NCBI GenBank assembly: GCA_012026655.1
Contig: JAAILG010000753.1
Coordinates: 1-64,000 of the forward strand
From: Hydrolagus affinis
Taxonomy: Eukaryota
Reading direction: 5' to 3'
DNA length: 64,000 nucleotides
The position numbers and the translations under genes are program-made. The notes beneath the pieces are model-generated. The model made no database searches. It saw nothing but the letters and a program-made list of their open reading frames with translations, and was not told the origin of the DNA. Of the stretch, positions 25,421 through 38,089 are shown in pieces (the stretch's first letter is position 1; every line of letters starts with the position of its first letter).

Positions 25421-27442
25421 ATGGTGCCTGTAACCATTCAAAGTATGACTTATACTACATACTCTTAGTCAATATTAATTATTTTGAAGTCAATGAAAGC
25501 TTTATATGCACCATAAGAAACATTATTTTCTCACTCTCTCACTCCTGTTGAATTATTCACTCCAATTTTAGCCAGTGCTGTTTTGTTCTTGTAAATGCTA
25601 AGTGAGAAACGATTTCTTTTCAATAGATAGAAAACACAGTGCCTGGAGATTAATAGTGTTGAAATCAATCTGTCTTGGTATGATCTAAAGTTTCTAAAAT
25701 AACTGCCGACAGTTTTTTTCAGTAGCCCTGGGAAGCTACGACAAATATACTTTTCTACTCTGCAGTTAAGGGAAGAATGTAATAACTTTGTTTAGCATTT
25801 CGTGGCATGTCTACATTTGTGAAACTAAAGGTTGAAGTGCACAGGAAGAACGTTTAAATTTGTCCTTTGACGAAGTGTGCAATTAAACAATAATCACCCT
25901 GAAAGTAATTATTTCTCTAAGCACATATTGATGAATTCTGTGTAAGGTAGAGATAAAGTTACAGAATGAAATTTGAAGCTTCAGGTACAGATTCCTTCAA
26001 CAGTCAAACGTCTGGATTGGTGTATCATTGTTGGATTAATGTATAAACAGTATAAAGTAATCCAGCTATGAAAATCGCAATATTCCTAAACATATGATGT
26101 GAAAGGCGCTCTATAAATGTAATTTTGTTGTTGTTGTTGAATTCATAATTGCCAAGAATAGAAGAATTGATGTCTGATTCTTATGCAATTGATAGTAGCA
26201 AAAATTAGTTGTTACCCTTTTACAGGAACCAGAAATTCATTTAAATCTTCATCCTCATCCCATCCCCTCTCTCTCAGTCTTCTCAAACTGGTGTGGCTAC
26301 AGTAAAACTGCTTAATTAATTAATGAGACGTCTAGAAAACATGAAAAGCACTATACCAGATGCAAGGATTATTATAATTATGATTACGATTAATTGAGAG
26401 TCGATGATGCATTTATCTCGGGATGCTGCGGCTGTTTGTACGACTGCGGTACTCCTGGTGATGGCAGGGTTTCTGTTGATACGAGGTGATGTTAAAGCCT
26501 TCGAAAGTGCACACCATTATGCCCTGTTTCTGGAGTCAACAGCACTGAGACAAGCAGATGAATGGCCCTTTCTGTGCAGGGCACATTCGCTACTCTGATT
26601 TTTCTGGCTGGGATGAATCAGCCCACGTCAACAGGGCAGCAATCAGCTTGTTGGCCTGGACGCACCTTAACTGCAGGTCGGCGAAATATCATAGCCAGAA
26701 GGAAGCCGTTGCAAGTCCCATGTTGGGAACATATATACAATTGTTTATCACCATCATAAACGGAGGCAGGGTCCTGGCACCAACAACCTCAGGCACAGAT
26801 TTGACCTGTGCAATACACACGGGTCACTGGTCCACTTGAACCATTGAAAGCTTTTTCCATTAGCTGTTTCCTTCGGCAGATTTTATTAGCCTCGAAAAAG
26901 AATGTGTGTTTGAATTAGCTCTCGGCCAGATTTTCAGGGTGCCATCGTGTTAATCTCAAGGGAAGTGAATAACAATCTGTTTCTAAAGATACCGCAAATG
27001 GAAATGCTTGTTTTGTAACTTAACCTTCCTAGACAGGAAAGGTATGAAATCATAACACCTGCAGCTCTACTGCAAAAAATATTTCTTGGTTTAACGTTTG
27101 TTAGCTTGTTAATTGATTGTGTTGTGTGTTGGTTGAAACATATAGTGTGTAGATTTTTAAACGAGGAGCTTTTAAACCAGGTAAGTGGACCACTATTAAG
27201 ATGATTTAACGGTGTTCAAATACTCCTTAGATTGCTCATGCTATTAATTGAGTATTAGATTACCAGAATCTGTTGACACAGACGTGCGATGATGAGATTT
27301 TCACATCTCCTGTTGGATTAGCCTTCAATATAATTTACTTATTTGATAAATGCAAGATTATTATGCTTTTACATTCTAATTTTGCTTCTTTGATACCACC
27401 AACCATCCCGTATTTTCACATTTTCATTTGTGCTTAATTGTT

Positions 27443-27582
27443 CAACAACAACAACAAAATTACATGTGCCTTTCAAGTCGAGAGTATGTCCCAAGGCGCT
27501 GTAGATATTTGCCGACAAAATACAGTCACTACAATTTTCAATAAATCTAGGCACGTTTCTCAAATTGCAAGGATTATTATTC
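27443..27582. mobile_element. Minus-strand L2-type tail abutting a plus-strand SINE tail
   Basis: (caa)n aattacat...gtcccaaggcgctg, then atacagtcactac...tgcaaggattattatt. Confidence 0.7.
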
Positions 27583-28038
27583 TTTTTCTTATATAAAACT
27601 CTATCCGTAAAACTTTGTTTAAAAAAAATCCAAGTGTAAGTATTTAATCTAATAATTGAAAGTTAAATAATTTAGTGCGTGAATATGATGGAAGTAGAAT
27701 CAAGGATCAGCAGTTTGAAAGCATCTGATCATCTGACTGTTCACCTCTACGTATAATACTGATGTATACAGCTGCTGGCAAACCAAAGATACCTTCATCA
27801 ATGGAGCCATGAGCAATGTGAAGCCTAATTTATACATCCAGCTTCTCATCACCTTAATCAGTGGGCATTAAAAAAAACAAATATGGTATTCAATATCAAT
27901 GCGAATTGATTTGCACAATCAGCTCTTTCATTTCAAATAGAATTGAGCCGCTCAACACAGATTTATATTGTGCTTTTCTGCTAGCTTGTCGCGCTTTGAA
28001 ACCTTAAATTTTGCCTTGTAAATTGCATTGTACAATTA

Positions 28039-28096
28039 AAGCGCTCTGAGACGCCATCCGGCGTGGAGGGCGCTATATAAATCAAAGTTGTTGTTG
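28039..28096 (+). mobile_element. Short L2-type 3' tail
   Basis: agcgctctgagacgccatccggcgtggagggcgctatataaatcaaagttgttgttg; near-identical to 30172-30228. Confidence 0.75.
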
Positions 28097-28169
28097 TACG
28101 AATGGCGTACAAGCAGCATTCGTTGTGTGGATTCTTCTTTTTAAACGTGTGATTTTCTTTTCCTCCTAG

Positions 28170-28355
28170 TTCTACGGGGAGGTTCAAGAAAACAAACTCG
28201 ATGTTATAGTTGCTAACTTGACTGTGATGGATCGAGATCAACCGTACACTTCAAACTGGAACGCAGTTTACAGGATTGTTAGTGGAGACCCTGCCGGGCA
28301 TTTCATTGTTAAAACTGATCCCGCCACTAATGATGGCATGATCACCGTGGTAAAG
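28170..28355 (+). CDS. cdh4: cdh4 coding exon (exon 9 equivalent), EC3
   Basis: tcctag|TTC...AAG|gtaagg; [62 protein letters not shown]. Confidence 0.96.
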
Positions 28356-30171
28356 GTAAGGGCATTTATTTTTCTTGCAATGTTAGATATTTTTAAATCA
28401 TTCGTATGGCTGTGTATTTAGAGTAATTTGGGAAATAATTAAACATTTTGCATTCAAAGGATGTACCACATATTGCCATCAGGTATTTTATTACAATTGC
28501 CAGGTCTGGCTTGATATTCCAGTTATTTATAGTGCCTTCTGTGTATGCTTGAGTTGTTTTACTAATCTCTATTCATATTCTTGCATGAAGAGGGACTTCC
28601 ACAAGTCACTCAGTCCAAATATTGCGGGGATGTGTGCAAAGTAGCTTGACGGACTTTGAGACTTTTCCGTCGGCAACAATACACGGAGAGATATTTAACA
28701 ATGTCCAGATATAGGTGATTTACATAGGTATCTTCATAATGTACAAGTCATGTGTGTGACCCTTTCACCTTACTTTGGTTTTTTCATATAAAAGAAGATG
28801 ATAAATACATGTTGATTATCCCTTACTTGTCCCATCATGTTGCATTTGCCCCCCAAATTATTCTGTGCCTCGGTTTCTCACATGTCTCAGTACAAATACG
28901 TTTCATTCCCTCGATTCATTTGGATGCAGTGTTAAACCATAACTTTCAGTGTAACTGCATGTTACAGTTTTAACCTAAATGAGTTGAAGCATTGCATTAA
29001 AAGCTAGAACCACAAATGATCGTCTTACATGCATTGTTCAATATTTCTTGAATGGCGTATTATTGTCTTGTCTTCACACGTGCTTTGCCAAATATTGGAT
29101 TGAGGTTTTTTTTTCTTAGAATTGTAATATCGGTTCAATTACCCTGAAAGTGTTTTACTAAAATAAATGTAGGAATAAATACACGAAATGTATCTGCTAA
29201 ATCAATTTTATTTTATTGGAAAAGCTGGATAATCGCAAAACTAAATGCTTGTTTTCCCTGATTCCTTTCTCCAACAGCTTTATTCTGCTGAATTTTATCT
29301 GATTAACGCATTGGGATTATCAGCAAAAAAACTGTTGTACTAAATCAAGAAAACTGCAGTCTGGCGTGACCCCATTAGAACTTGTACTTAACTAATCCCT
29401 ATAGTACTGAGTTTCTATAATTGTTTCTTATCTGGAACATGTTTCTGTGCTTCCCATACATGATGTGAGACATCTGTATTTGAAGGTCCACAATATAGCA
29501 GCAAAATTCTGCAGATGGGGTTTGGAACTGAATCACTAATGTTTAGCCAGTGGTCATCTGAATGACAACGGATAACAATCAAGTCTGCACATATCCACTA
29601 TCATTGAGATTGTCTTAAAATAAACTCCTACGATTTGATTCATTGCAACAAGCGAGAGCCCGTTCACACAAATTGAGAATAAGACGGTCTGACAAAGAAA
29701 TACAATTGATTTCCCTTCACTTTGGGGTCAGAGGCTTATAACTGGTGGCATTTGTAGCACATTTTGATGACTCAAATTACTGCTGATATCAATATTTCTC
29801 ATTGCCTTGAGTCTGAGAATATCACAAAAGTTCACAAGTAAAAGAGGTAACAGCAGTACGGTTTACAGAGTAGAAAGTATTTTTTTTCCCTTAATATTCC
29901 TTTAGGGGATCCCAGTGTTTATACTACCAAAAAAAATTGCCCCTGCTAGCAAAATAGAATAAGCACCCAGTCCTACAATTTTACTTGCGTTTCCCGACAA
30001 GACCATTGTCAGAAAAGAACAGCTTCTGAAATAAGCCTGAATTTAAGAATTTCCCTAGAATTCTGCGTGATTGTAAATTTTAAGACGAAACGATTTTACG
30101 GGCTAAGACAAAGTGAAATTTAAAATTATCTCATGCTTTTTGCCACGGGCAATGTTTGGAAATGATTGGTT

Positions 30172-30228
30172 AGCGCTCTGAGAAGCCGTCCGGCGTGGAG
30201 GGTGCTATATAAATCAAAGTTGTTGTTT
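30172..30228 (+). mobile_element. Short L2-type 3' tail
   Basis: agcgctctgagaagccgtccggcgtggagggtgctatataaatcaaagttgttg. Confidence 0.75.
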
Positions 30229-30341
30229 ATATGAAAAAGAAGCGATTGACACACTATGGGAGAATCAGGCGAGAACAATTATCTAATACTGTACCTATTC
30301 TCGTGGTATGTCCCTTGCCTGTGTACCTGCTCATGTAGCTG

Positions 30342-30445
30342 TGATAAAAAACAGAAGTCCCTGGAAACATGCAGCAGGTCAGGTAGCATCTATGCAGAGA
30401 GGAAAATTAGTTAACGTTTCAGATCAATAACCTTTCGTCAGAACC
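30342..30445. mobile_element. Terminal fragment of a Penelope-like repeat common in cartilaginous fish
   Basis: aaaacagaag..ctggaaaca.gcagcaggtcaggtagcatct...ttaacgtttcaga....acctttcgtcagaac. Family call is from recall, not from a search. Confidence 0.55.
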
Positions 30446-30483
30446 ATTGCAACTGTGAGGTTGGCCCATCAAACCTTTCGAAA

Positions 30484-30806
30484 GGAGTCTGTAGCTCAGT
30501 GGTTAGAGCACTCGCCTTACAAGCGTGAGACCTGTGTTCGAATCCAGGCAGATCAGGGAAAAGCCTTGGGCAAGCTTCCTTACTCCACACGCCTAATAAT
30601 AATCCCTCCAAAAAAAAACTATCGTAAAATTGGTCATTTCAATCCACGACTGTTTGTGGGGACGCTGCTGTGCGCAGTTAACTGCTGCGTTTCGCCCACA
30701 AATATACAGTTAATTCACTTTACAGTCTATTCTGTGAAGCGCTCTCAGACGTCTAGAAGATGTGAAAAACACCATATCAAATGCAAGGATTATTATTATT
30801 ATTATA
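30484..30806 (+). mobile_element. Full-length tRNA-derived SINE
   Basis: ggagtctgtagctcagtggttagagc...gttcgaatcc...gcaagga(tta)n; ends ~64 nt before the exon at 30870. Confidence 0.93.
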
Positions 30807-30869
30807 AGAGTTGTACCTGTTCAGCGTGTTCAGTGAGTATTTATTGGACAATCTGTTTAATTTTTCCAG

Positions 30870-31123
30870 CCAGTTGATTATGAGATAAACCGAGCCTTTG
30901 TTCTGACGGTGATAGTAACTAATCAAGCTCTGCTGGCCACCGGAATCCAATCTTCACTCCAGTCAACAGCAACAGTTGCTATCTCGGTCTCAGACGTGAA
31001 CGAAGCTCCCTATTTTATTCCCAACCCCAAACTGATCAGGCAGGAGGAAGGGATGGCGGTCGGCGCCCTGCTGACGACATTCACAGCCCAAGATCCCGAC
31101 CGTTTCATGCAGCAAATAGTACG
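30870..31123 (+). CDS. cdh4: cdh4 coding exon (exon 10 equivalent), EC3/EC4
   Basis: ttccag|CCA...CG|gtaaga; [61 protein letters not shown]...[11 protein letters not shown]. Confidence 0.96.
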
Positions 31124-31709
31124 GTAAGACGCCCACCGACTCAACAATGAATTGATCTTTCCATCTCACTTCGTCCTGCATCGAGAATACTCACTTGATG
31201 CCTGTCCCGTGCTTAAAAACACAAGGGCGGTGTTTGCTTATCAGGAGTAACTTCCGCCTCTCGTTAGACACTGCGTTCGCTTTCGAAAAGGGCATCTCTC
31301 TACTATCATGTTGTGCCTGTAAGAAGAACTACCATCAGCCAATATGTAAAAAAATGTCTTCCTGTTTTAAACTAGTTTTCCGTATGAGCAGATTAGAGTC
31401 TACTAGGACATTTGTGCAAATGTTCTTCACAGTTCAACTCGTGTCCTCAATCCCATGTCATGTTTGGTAAAATTCTAATCAAACTAGTTGTTTTCAGTGT
31501 GAAGAAAGCTTAAAAATACACCTCCGCACGTTTGTCCACATGATAACGCTGTCTAACTCAGTCTAAATCAATGATACATTAATCTTCCACTATACTTTTA
31601 TTAAAAATACTGCAGAAGTAGGAAAATAATAAATATCAGTCAGAACACGATGCCCGCCTTAGCTTTAGAAAAATTGATCTTTTCAATTCACATAAACAAG
31701 ATACAATAA

Positions 31710-31820
31710 AATAATGCTTCTAATTGATATAGCACCTTTCACGTAGGGAGGAAATCTCAAAGCCTTTCAGAGGATTTTATTGAAAAGTGTAGTGACCATT
31801 TATTTTGTGGGAGATTGCCT
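31710..31820 (-). mobile_element. Degraded SINE tail
   Basis: aataatgctt...ttgatatagcacctttcacg...tctcaaagcc. Confidence 0.6.
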
Positions 31821-34164
31821 AAGAATAACGCTTGAATACTATCTAAGTGTCTACATGTTCTTCTCTCTATGTTTTAGTTGTTCTCTCGATTTTCGATGTC
31901 AGTCAAAATTTATATGTAATTAGAGTTTCTCTTAAAGTTTTCTTCTTTCACTATGTATCATTCTGTAACTGACAGCAATGTTTCAAATTCAACTGCTAGA
32001 GCAGGGAGACTCATATACCACTTATTCATCTTTTGATAATGTGTTTTCCCCCAGAAAAATACTCTGGTTTATTTTGTTTCCTCCTTTTGCTGAGAGCAAA
32101 CACTTCATATCGGCCAACAATTCGGTTTGGCTGCCTCTACAAGCAAACTAGCCATTTGGTATGAGAAAGGCTCCCTGTCCAGGGCACAGTTGGCTAGATT
32201 GTGAAGTGTATTGCACCATTTCACTACCTGCAAGAAGATTGCTTTGAGCATTGCTCACACTTCTGGTCGGGAAGTTGAAATTGATTGATATCGCATAATA
32301 GAAAATGTCATTCAAAGGACATTGTATCTGGTTCCCAGGCATGTTAATTTAATGATTTTCATCAGAACTTTAAATGTAAGCGACTCCCTTAGATCATCAG
32401 AGGCCTCACTGTCTTCTAGATTATTTGCAAAATGTCACTGAAACTAACCAAACTCTCGACTTTGAACGCATCACTTGTTAACACGCAGATACACTGTTTT
32501 TTTTTATTCCAAACTTTGCATTTTCTTAAGTAAATTTAAAAGAAAATTATGCAATTTTACGGATGAAATCACTCCCTTAACTTGCAAGCCACCTTTTTTC
32601 GGTGGCTAACGTCTCATTGAAAGTCGTGGAGTGAGGATGAGGTTGAGGTTGGTTCACCAAGGCTAGCAGACTCGCACAAATTAATTTTTGAAATGTAGCT
32701 TCTCTGCAGTTTTGACATGCATGTGTAACGCCTTAATTAAATTCAAGGTTACGGAAAGTGGTTGGTTGAGAGGGTGAAATAATAATAGCACATCTAGCAA
32801 AACTATATGTAAAATAATGTGCCTCTAACAAAACACGATTTTCCAGGCTCCCTCCCCTATTACTCCACGCGTTTGTTCAGTAATTACCTGCCCAGGCAAA
32901 ATCTCGTGTTTGATTCCCTGGTCTTTTGAGGGTTCACTTGATTTCGATTGGAGCAATAGTTGTCTTGCTGCATTTGGTCTTTGCCAACTAGATTAGAATG
33001 GGGAAATCAAACACGAGTTCTATAATTACTAACCAGTTACCCCTCCATGATCCTTGAATATTCAGTGAGAGCAGAATGAGACTTGAGCTGCCACGCCTCC
33101 TCCCACCCACCCAGTCAAATAATAATCCTTGCATTTCCTCCTCGCTGCCCAGGCAGTGTCAAGGCAGAAATAATGACTATTGGAACAGGACACTGCTGTC
33201 CGCGGGAACTTTATCCCAAAGAAACGAAGAATAAAGTCTAACCTTTCATTGAAAACGACAGGGAAAAATTGCACCTTTGTGAAAAAACACAAATTGCAGT
33301 TATCAGGACATGGAATGCAAAAGAGTAAGGGCGGGGGTAAAGAAGGAATGGGACTAAATGGGTTGAAATCTCTCAAAGATCCAGCATAGACATGGTGGTT
33401 GGCAGACCATCTTCTGGTGATGTCAATTTCCATGGTTTCATTATGTTGCTGAACCCCCCGAAATAGAAGCTTCACATCAGATCTAACCCTGCTCTCTTGC
33501 GCTCTGGTGTTGAATAATCATTCATTATTCAGCATCCGTTCCACAGTGAATAAACCAAAAGATAAACCTTTTTTCAACATAATTTTTTATTCTCCCTTGT
33601 AAAGTCTTGCCTGGGGGGAATATACACCTTAACCTAGTCTGAGTTCTTGAACAGTATGTGAGACTTATGTACTCAGTCAGTTCTGATAACACAACAGTAG
33701 GAAGGGGGAATGGAAGGTGAGCTGAGGTAATTTGGAAGAACTAAGTAAATGTGTGGACCATTCTTGCAACAATAGTTTTTTTTGGTGGGGTCTGATATAA
33801 GGAGATTAGACGACAACTGAGCAAATTCTGAAAATTTATTTTACTGCAACAATTGTGTTTTTATTCATAATGTACTGCCCATCCACCTGAATTCAGGGGA
33901 GGACAATCTTTCAGCTATTACACTGACTGAGTTGGTTGTGGTGGAAATGTTCTGTATATTTCTACTGATAATTTATTTCAACTGAGGAACAATAAAAATT
34001 TTAATTAAAGCATAAATGTTTACAACCTGCATACGCAATCAGGAATAACCACACCTGCCTCTGAATATTTCTTCCCTTGCACATCATATTCTTTCTTTGC
34101 ATATTTTCATTGGCAATCCTAGAAACATTTTGTTGAAGGGACAAAGGCACAGTATCAGTAATCA

Positions 34165-34610
34165 TTTTAATAATCCATGCATTTTGATATAGCGCCTTAT
34201 CGGCGGCCTGGCTTTCAGCCTCTCTGTTCTCACACTGTGGAACTCCATTCCGCAGCTCCTCCGCCTCGCTTCCTCCCTTTCCTCCTTCAAGGCCGGTCTC
34301 AAGACCTTCCTCTTCGACCGCGCCTTCGGCTGCCCCACTAACTCTTCCCCCTCTCCTTCCCCTTCCCTCTCCCCGACCCTCCCCACTCCCATCACCCCCA
34401 CCCCCACCCCAACCCCCACTCGAGTCCCGACCTGACTGTTCAGCGCTTTGGGACGTCCTCCCGATGTGAAAGACACTTTATAAGTGCAATTTTGTTGTTG
34501 TTGTCTGTTGTTATCACATCATTGAGCCGGCTCACAGCACTTCACAAAATATACTGTAAAATAGATTGCCTGTGTTTTGCGGGTGATACGAGGCAGCCAA
34601 TTGCATTACT
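34165..34610 (-). mobile_element. SINE 3' half interrupted by an L2 insertion
   Basis: taataatccatgcattttgatatagcgccttatc | insert | ttatcacatc...gcacttcacaaaatatactgtaaa...ggcagccaattgc. Confidence 0.8.
34202..34510 (+). mobile_element. L2-type LINE 3' end with (TTG)n tail
   Basis: gctttcagc...tggaactccattccg...ctcaagaccttcctcttcgacc (end of ORF2: AFS...WNS.P...LKTFLF), a C-rich UTR, then cagcgctttgggacgtcc...ttgttgttg. Confidence 0.85.
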
Positions 34611-34949
34611 CCCATCTTGCACAGTCCAGCTCAGAACTGGTGATCTTTAAATAAATAAATCATTAGATAGGTTTTATTTGTGGAAAAAAAATTAAGTTAT
34701 TTAGTCTAATCTTACAGATCCTTACTGGTTTTGCCAACAAGTCTTGGATGTTGCAAAAACAATTTTTTTTTCCAATGTCAATTGGTTGAAAGCTGCTTAT
34801 TTTCTTCAATGCTGAGCATCTGAAAGTGAGACGATTCCAAATCAATTTCCATGTGCTTTTCTGTTGCTGTTTTTGATGTAAGCTCAGCCCAGCTAACTCA
34901 TCCTGTCGAAGCATTTAAAATCTCTTTTGATATTTGCTGCTCTCTTTAG

Positions 34950-35092
34950 ATATTCCGAACTGTCAGATCCAGCAAACTGGCTGAACATTAATGCCACAAC
35001 CGGTCAAATCACAACCACAGCAGTGCTGGACAGAGAGTCAGCCCATGTTAAAAATAATATGTATGAAGCAACGTTCCTGGCAGCTGACAACG
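34950..35092 (+). CDS. cdh4: cdh4 coding exon (exon 11 equivalent), EC4
   Basis: ctttag|A...AACG|gtaggt; [47 protein letters not shown]. Confidence 0.95.
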
Positions 35093-35863
35093 GTAGGTCC
35101 TGGCTTCACGCTGTTTATTCTTCTGCAGCGAAATAATGTAATGTATCAGTCTGACGATGCCTTGTCATTTTGTGTCTTTTCAATTGAACCCTTTTAAGTT
35201 TCCTTACAACTGTGTCTGAAACAGAATAATAATGTCAAGAAATAACATTGGCAAGTAAGTCTCAATGGCAGGATTACACCATGAGTGAGTTAAAAAAAAA
35301 GGGGGGGTGGTGTTGGGGGAGGAGATTTTTATTGGTGAAAATGTATTTTTATGGGACTGTGGAACATTGCCAAAAACGACAAATATTGATTGCCACCAAT
35401 CCTGGTTGTAAGCCATTATTTCTATTCAAGATAACACTATTGTACAGTTTCTTTCGAATAATGCTACATTTTCTTGTGGCCCAATCTCCACAAACAGGAG
35501 GGAACTCATTGTCGTTGTAGTTTCTGTGTGGGTTGCGTCTCCAAACTAATCCTGTGGACTGTAAGACAGTGAACGTCACAGAGAAGATGTTTCACAGTTT
35601 ACAAACAAGTGGCCAATTGATAGTTTATACGGTTGTTGGTGTTGTTGTGGTGGTTGTTGTTGTCTTGCAGGGAGTATGTTCATTAGAGAACAATTTATCA
35701 TCATTCACACCTGATAAAATGTTGTGTGGAATACAGGAAGTACATTTTGAAGCCAAGTAAAAGTTTTTTTTCCTCTCAGTATTCCATTCCTTGTATTCCG
35801 TTCAAACCAATATCTTGATGTGAACTAATAGGGTTATTTATTTGTGTGGTCTCTTCATTACAG

Positions 35864-36097
35864 GTTTGCCCACAGCGAGTGGCACTGGAACCTTTCAAGT
35901 TTACCTCATAGACACCAACGATAACGCACCAGAACTGGTTCCCAAAGAGGCTCAAATCTGTGAAAAGCCCAATCAGAATGCAATAAATATCACAGCAGAG
36001 GATAGTGACAAGGATCCAAATACTGGCCCCTTTGTATTTGAGCTGCCGACGACGCCACCTGGTGTGAAAAGGAACTGGACAGTCGCTCGTGTAAATG
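35864..36097 (+). CDS. cdh4: cdh4 coding exon (exon 12 equivalent), EC4/EC5
   Basis: ttacag|GT...AATG|gtaaga; [61 protein letters not shown]...NWTVARVN. Confidence 0.96.
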
Positions 36098-38059
36098 GTA
36101 AGAGATGAGCTCACAATTGAAACACAATTTATACTTAGTCAACGCCTTACATGGTGGGAGGATATCCATTAAAACTCCCAAGTGAGATGGCGAATAAATC
36201 TAATGTTCCAAGATGAACACCCTCCACAACTCAACCAAGTTAAGGCAAAGTTTTGCCCCATATAAATAAGATGATTTGTTTCTGACAGGTTTATTATAAA
36301 TGCCGCTGAATAATAAGGAAATGGAAGCTGATTTATGGTCTTCCTCTCGCTCAGAGCTGCAACTCTGATGTATCTGAAAGCATTCAAATAGCAAATATTT
36401 CATATTGCTGTTATAGCAGGTTAAATAGCATGTCTAGTGCTAGTCCTTCGACTTCCCACAGTGTGCAGTTAGTCTGTTGTGTGCCATTAGCCCAGGGTGT
36501 GTAACTTGTATTGTGAGTCTGCTGTGCAGTGTTCTGATAGTCTGCTAGATTTTTTAAATAACAACCAATTTTGGCTATTATCCATAATTGCCAGTAGCTA
36601 TATTTCCTGACTATATAAGAAGTGTCGGCCAATTTGCATCAGTCTGAGTTAAAGAATGGGTTTGCATTCAGTGAAATCCTCTGTATCTAACACTCGCTAA
36701 TGTAAAGCAAACTGCACTTTGGAATCGCTGAATAATGTAGAGCTGAAATATCGTATCTGCAGTCTTATATAAGTAACACAGTGGAGATGATTTCATATTA
36801 ATTGATCTTCAGATTGTGAAGCATCGTCAACAATTTCTTCAAACCTGAGTAAATACTGAATAGGAATTTAAGAGCAATTAATTACCAACTATTCTGAAAG
36901 CTTCAGATCTGGACTGCTGCACAAAATTGAAGTCCCAGAAATTATCTAATTAAATGGAAATTGTACAACAAGATAGTACAGTCATGAATTTAATCGTAAT
37001 ACTACCTTTCCTGTAGCCAAATTTGACTGCATTGTAACTAAATGTGAACATCTAATCATGTAGAATACTCCACCAAGTACAGTGCTGACATCCTTTAATT
37101 AATGGTTGAGATCCTTTGCATTTAGTTCAAATTCTTCTCTATGTAGGACAATGCTGCTTTAAAGCAGTATTTGGTGAAAGATAAAATCCACTTTATATCA
37201 GAGAGATGGCCAGTCATTGATTTTAGGTTGTGATATCCCCCACCCCCTAAAATCCCATATATGTGGTACACAGGAAAGCTGAGACTTTTCCTTTACAATG
37301 AGTACTTTGATGGTTTCAACCAAATGTAGATCCAATACAATCTATAGACACAAAGAACAAAAATGCAGAGATGCAAACAAAAGTGTTATTTTCAACAATA
37401 TTTCAGATTTTGCGGTTTTCATTTCCATTTCTTTTGCTCATTTGTTTTGTCTTTACAAGCCATATTCTTTGTATGACCATGTTCCTCATTTAGTTTTTTA
37501 AAATCCTAAACTGGACATGTGTAATGGGTCCCTTCTCAGGGATAATTTTGTATTTGGTGATAAATGGCTTTAATAAGCAAACAAGAATAGTTCATTTGAC
37601 ATTTATGTCTCAAAAAGGTTCTATTTTCATAACACGTGTCAAATAGAGCAGTGAGTTATTGTTTGGGAATAATGCAATACAATATATTATCCGAGAAGAT
37701 GGAAATCAATTCTTCATAACCTCTGACTACTAAATGAGCTAAATTTTCCTACATAACGTCAATTTGAATGATTTGCTCAAAATTCCTGTTGCAACTATCA
37801 TGTTGTTGTTTTGTTTGAAACAGACAAGTTTGCGACTAATGTAATGCTTCGGAATGCACTTTTGAGTTGCAAGACAAAGAAAATGTAACTAAGTTAAGTT
37901 GCATATATAAATTCTATGAACAGAACCTTATCAGTTAGCTTTTGTAACACAGCTCCACTCAGACGCTGAATCCAATTCAGATAAGTAATCAATCTCAAGT
38001 ATCACCGCCAAAGTCAACATCAATGCATCCATATTTTTAAAATGTAATTCAATGCTTGG

Positions 38060-38089
38060 CTGACTGACTGACTGATTGACTGACTGACT
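38060..38089. repeat. (CTGA)n microsatellite
   Basis: Directly visible. Confidence 0.85.

Noticed and set aside
30455-30877. 140-aa ORF and similar 'PVAQWLEHSP...' ORFs (3362, 24932, 48326, 61179)
   Set aside because: They are chance translations of SINE copies; the recurring peptide only reflects the repeated DNA.
33062-33475. 137-aa minus-strand ORF
   Set aside because: Low-information composition, overlaps degraded repeat sequence, no homology recognised.
34162-34476. G/V/E-rich 104-aa minus-strand ORF
   Set aside because: It is the antisense reading of the C-rich L2 3' end.
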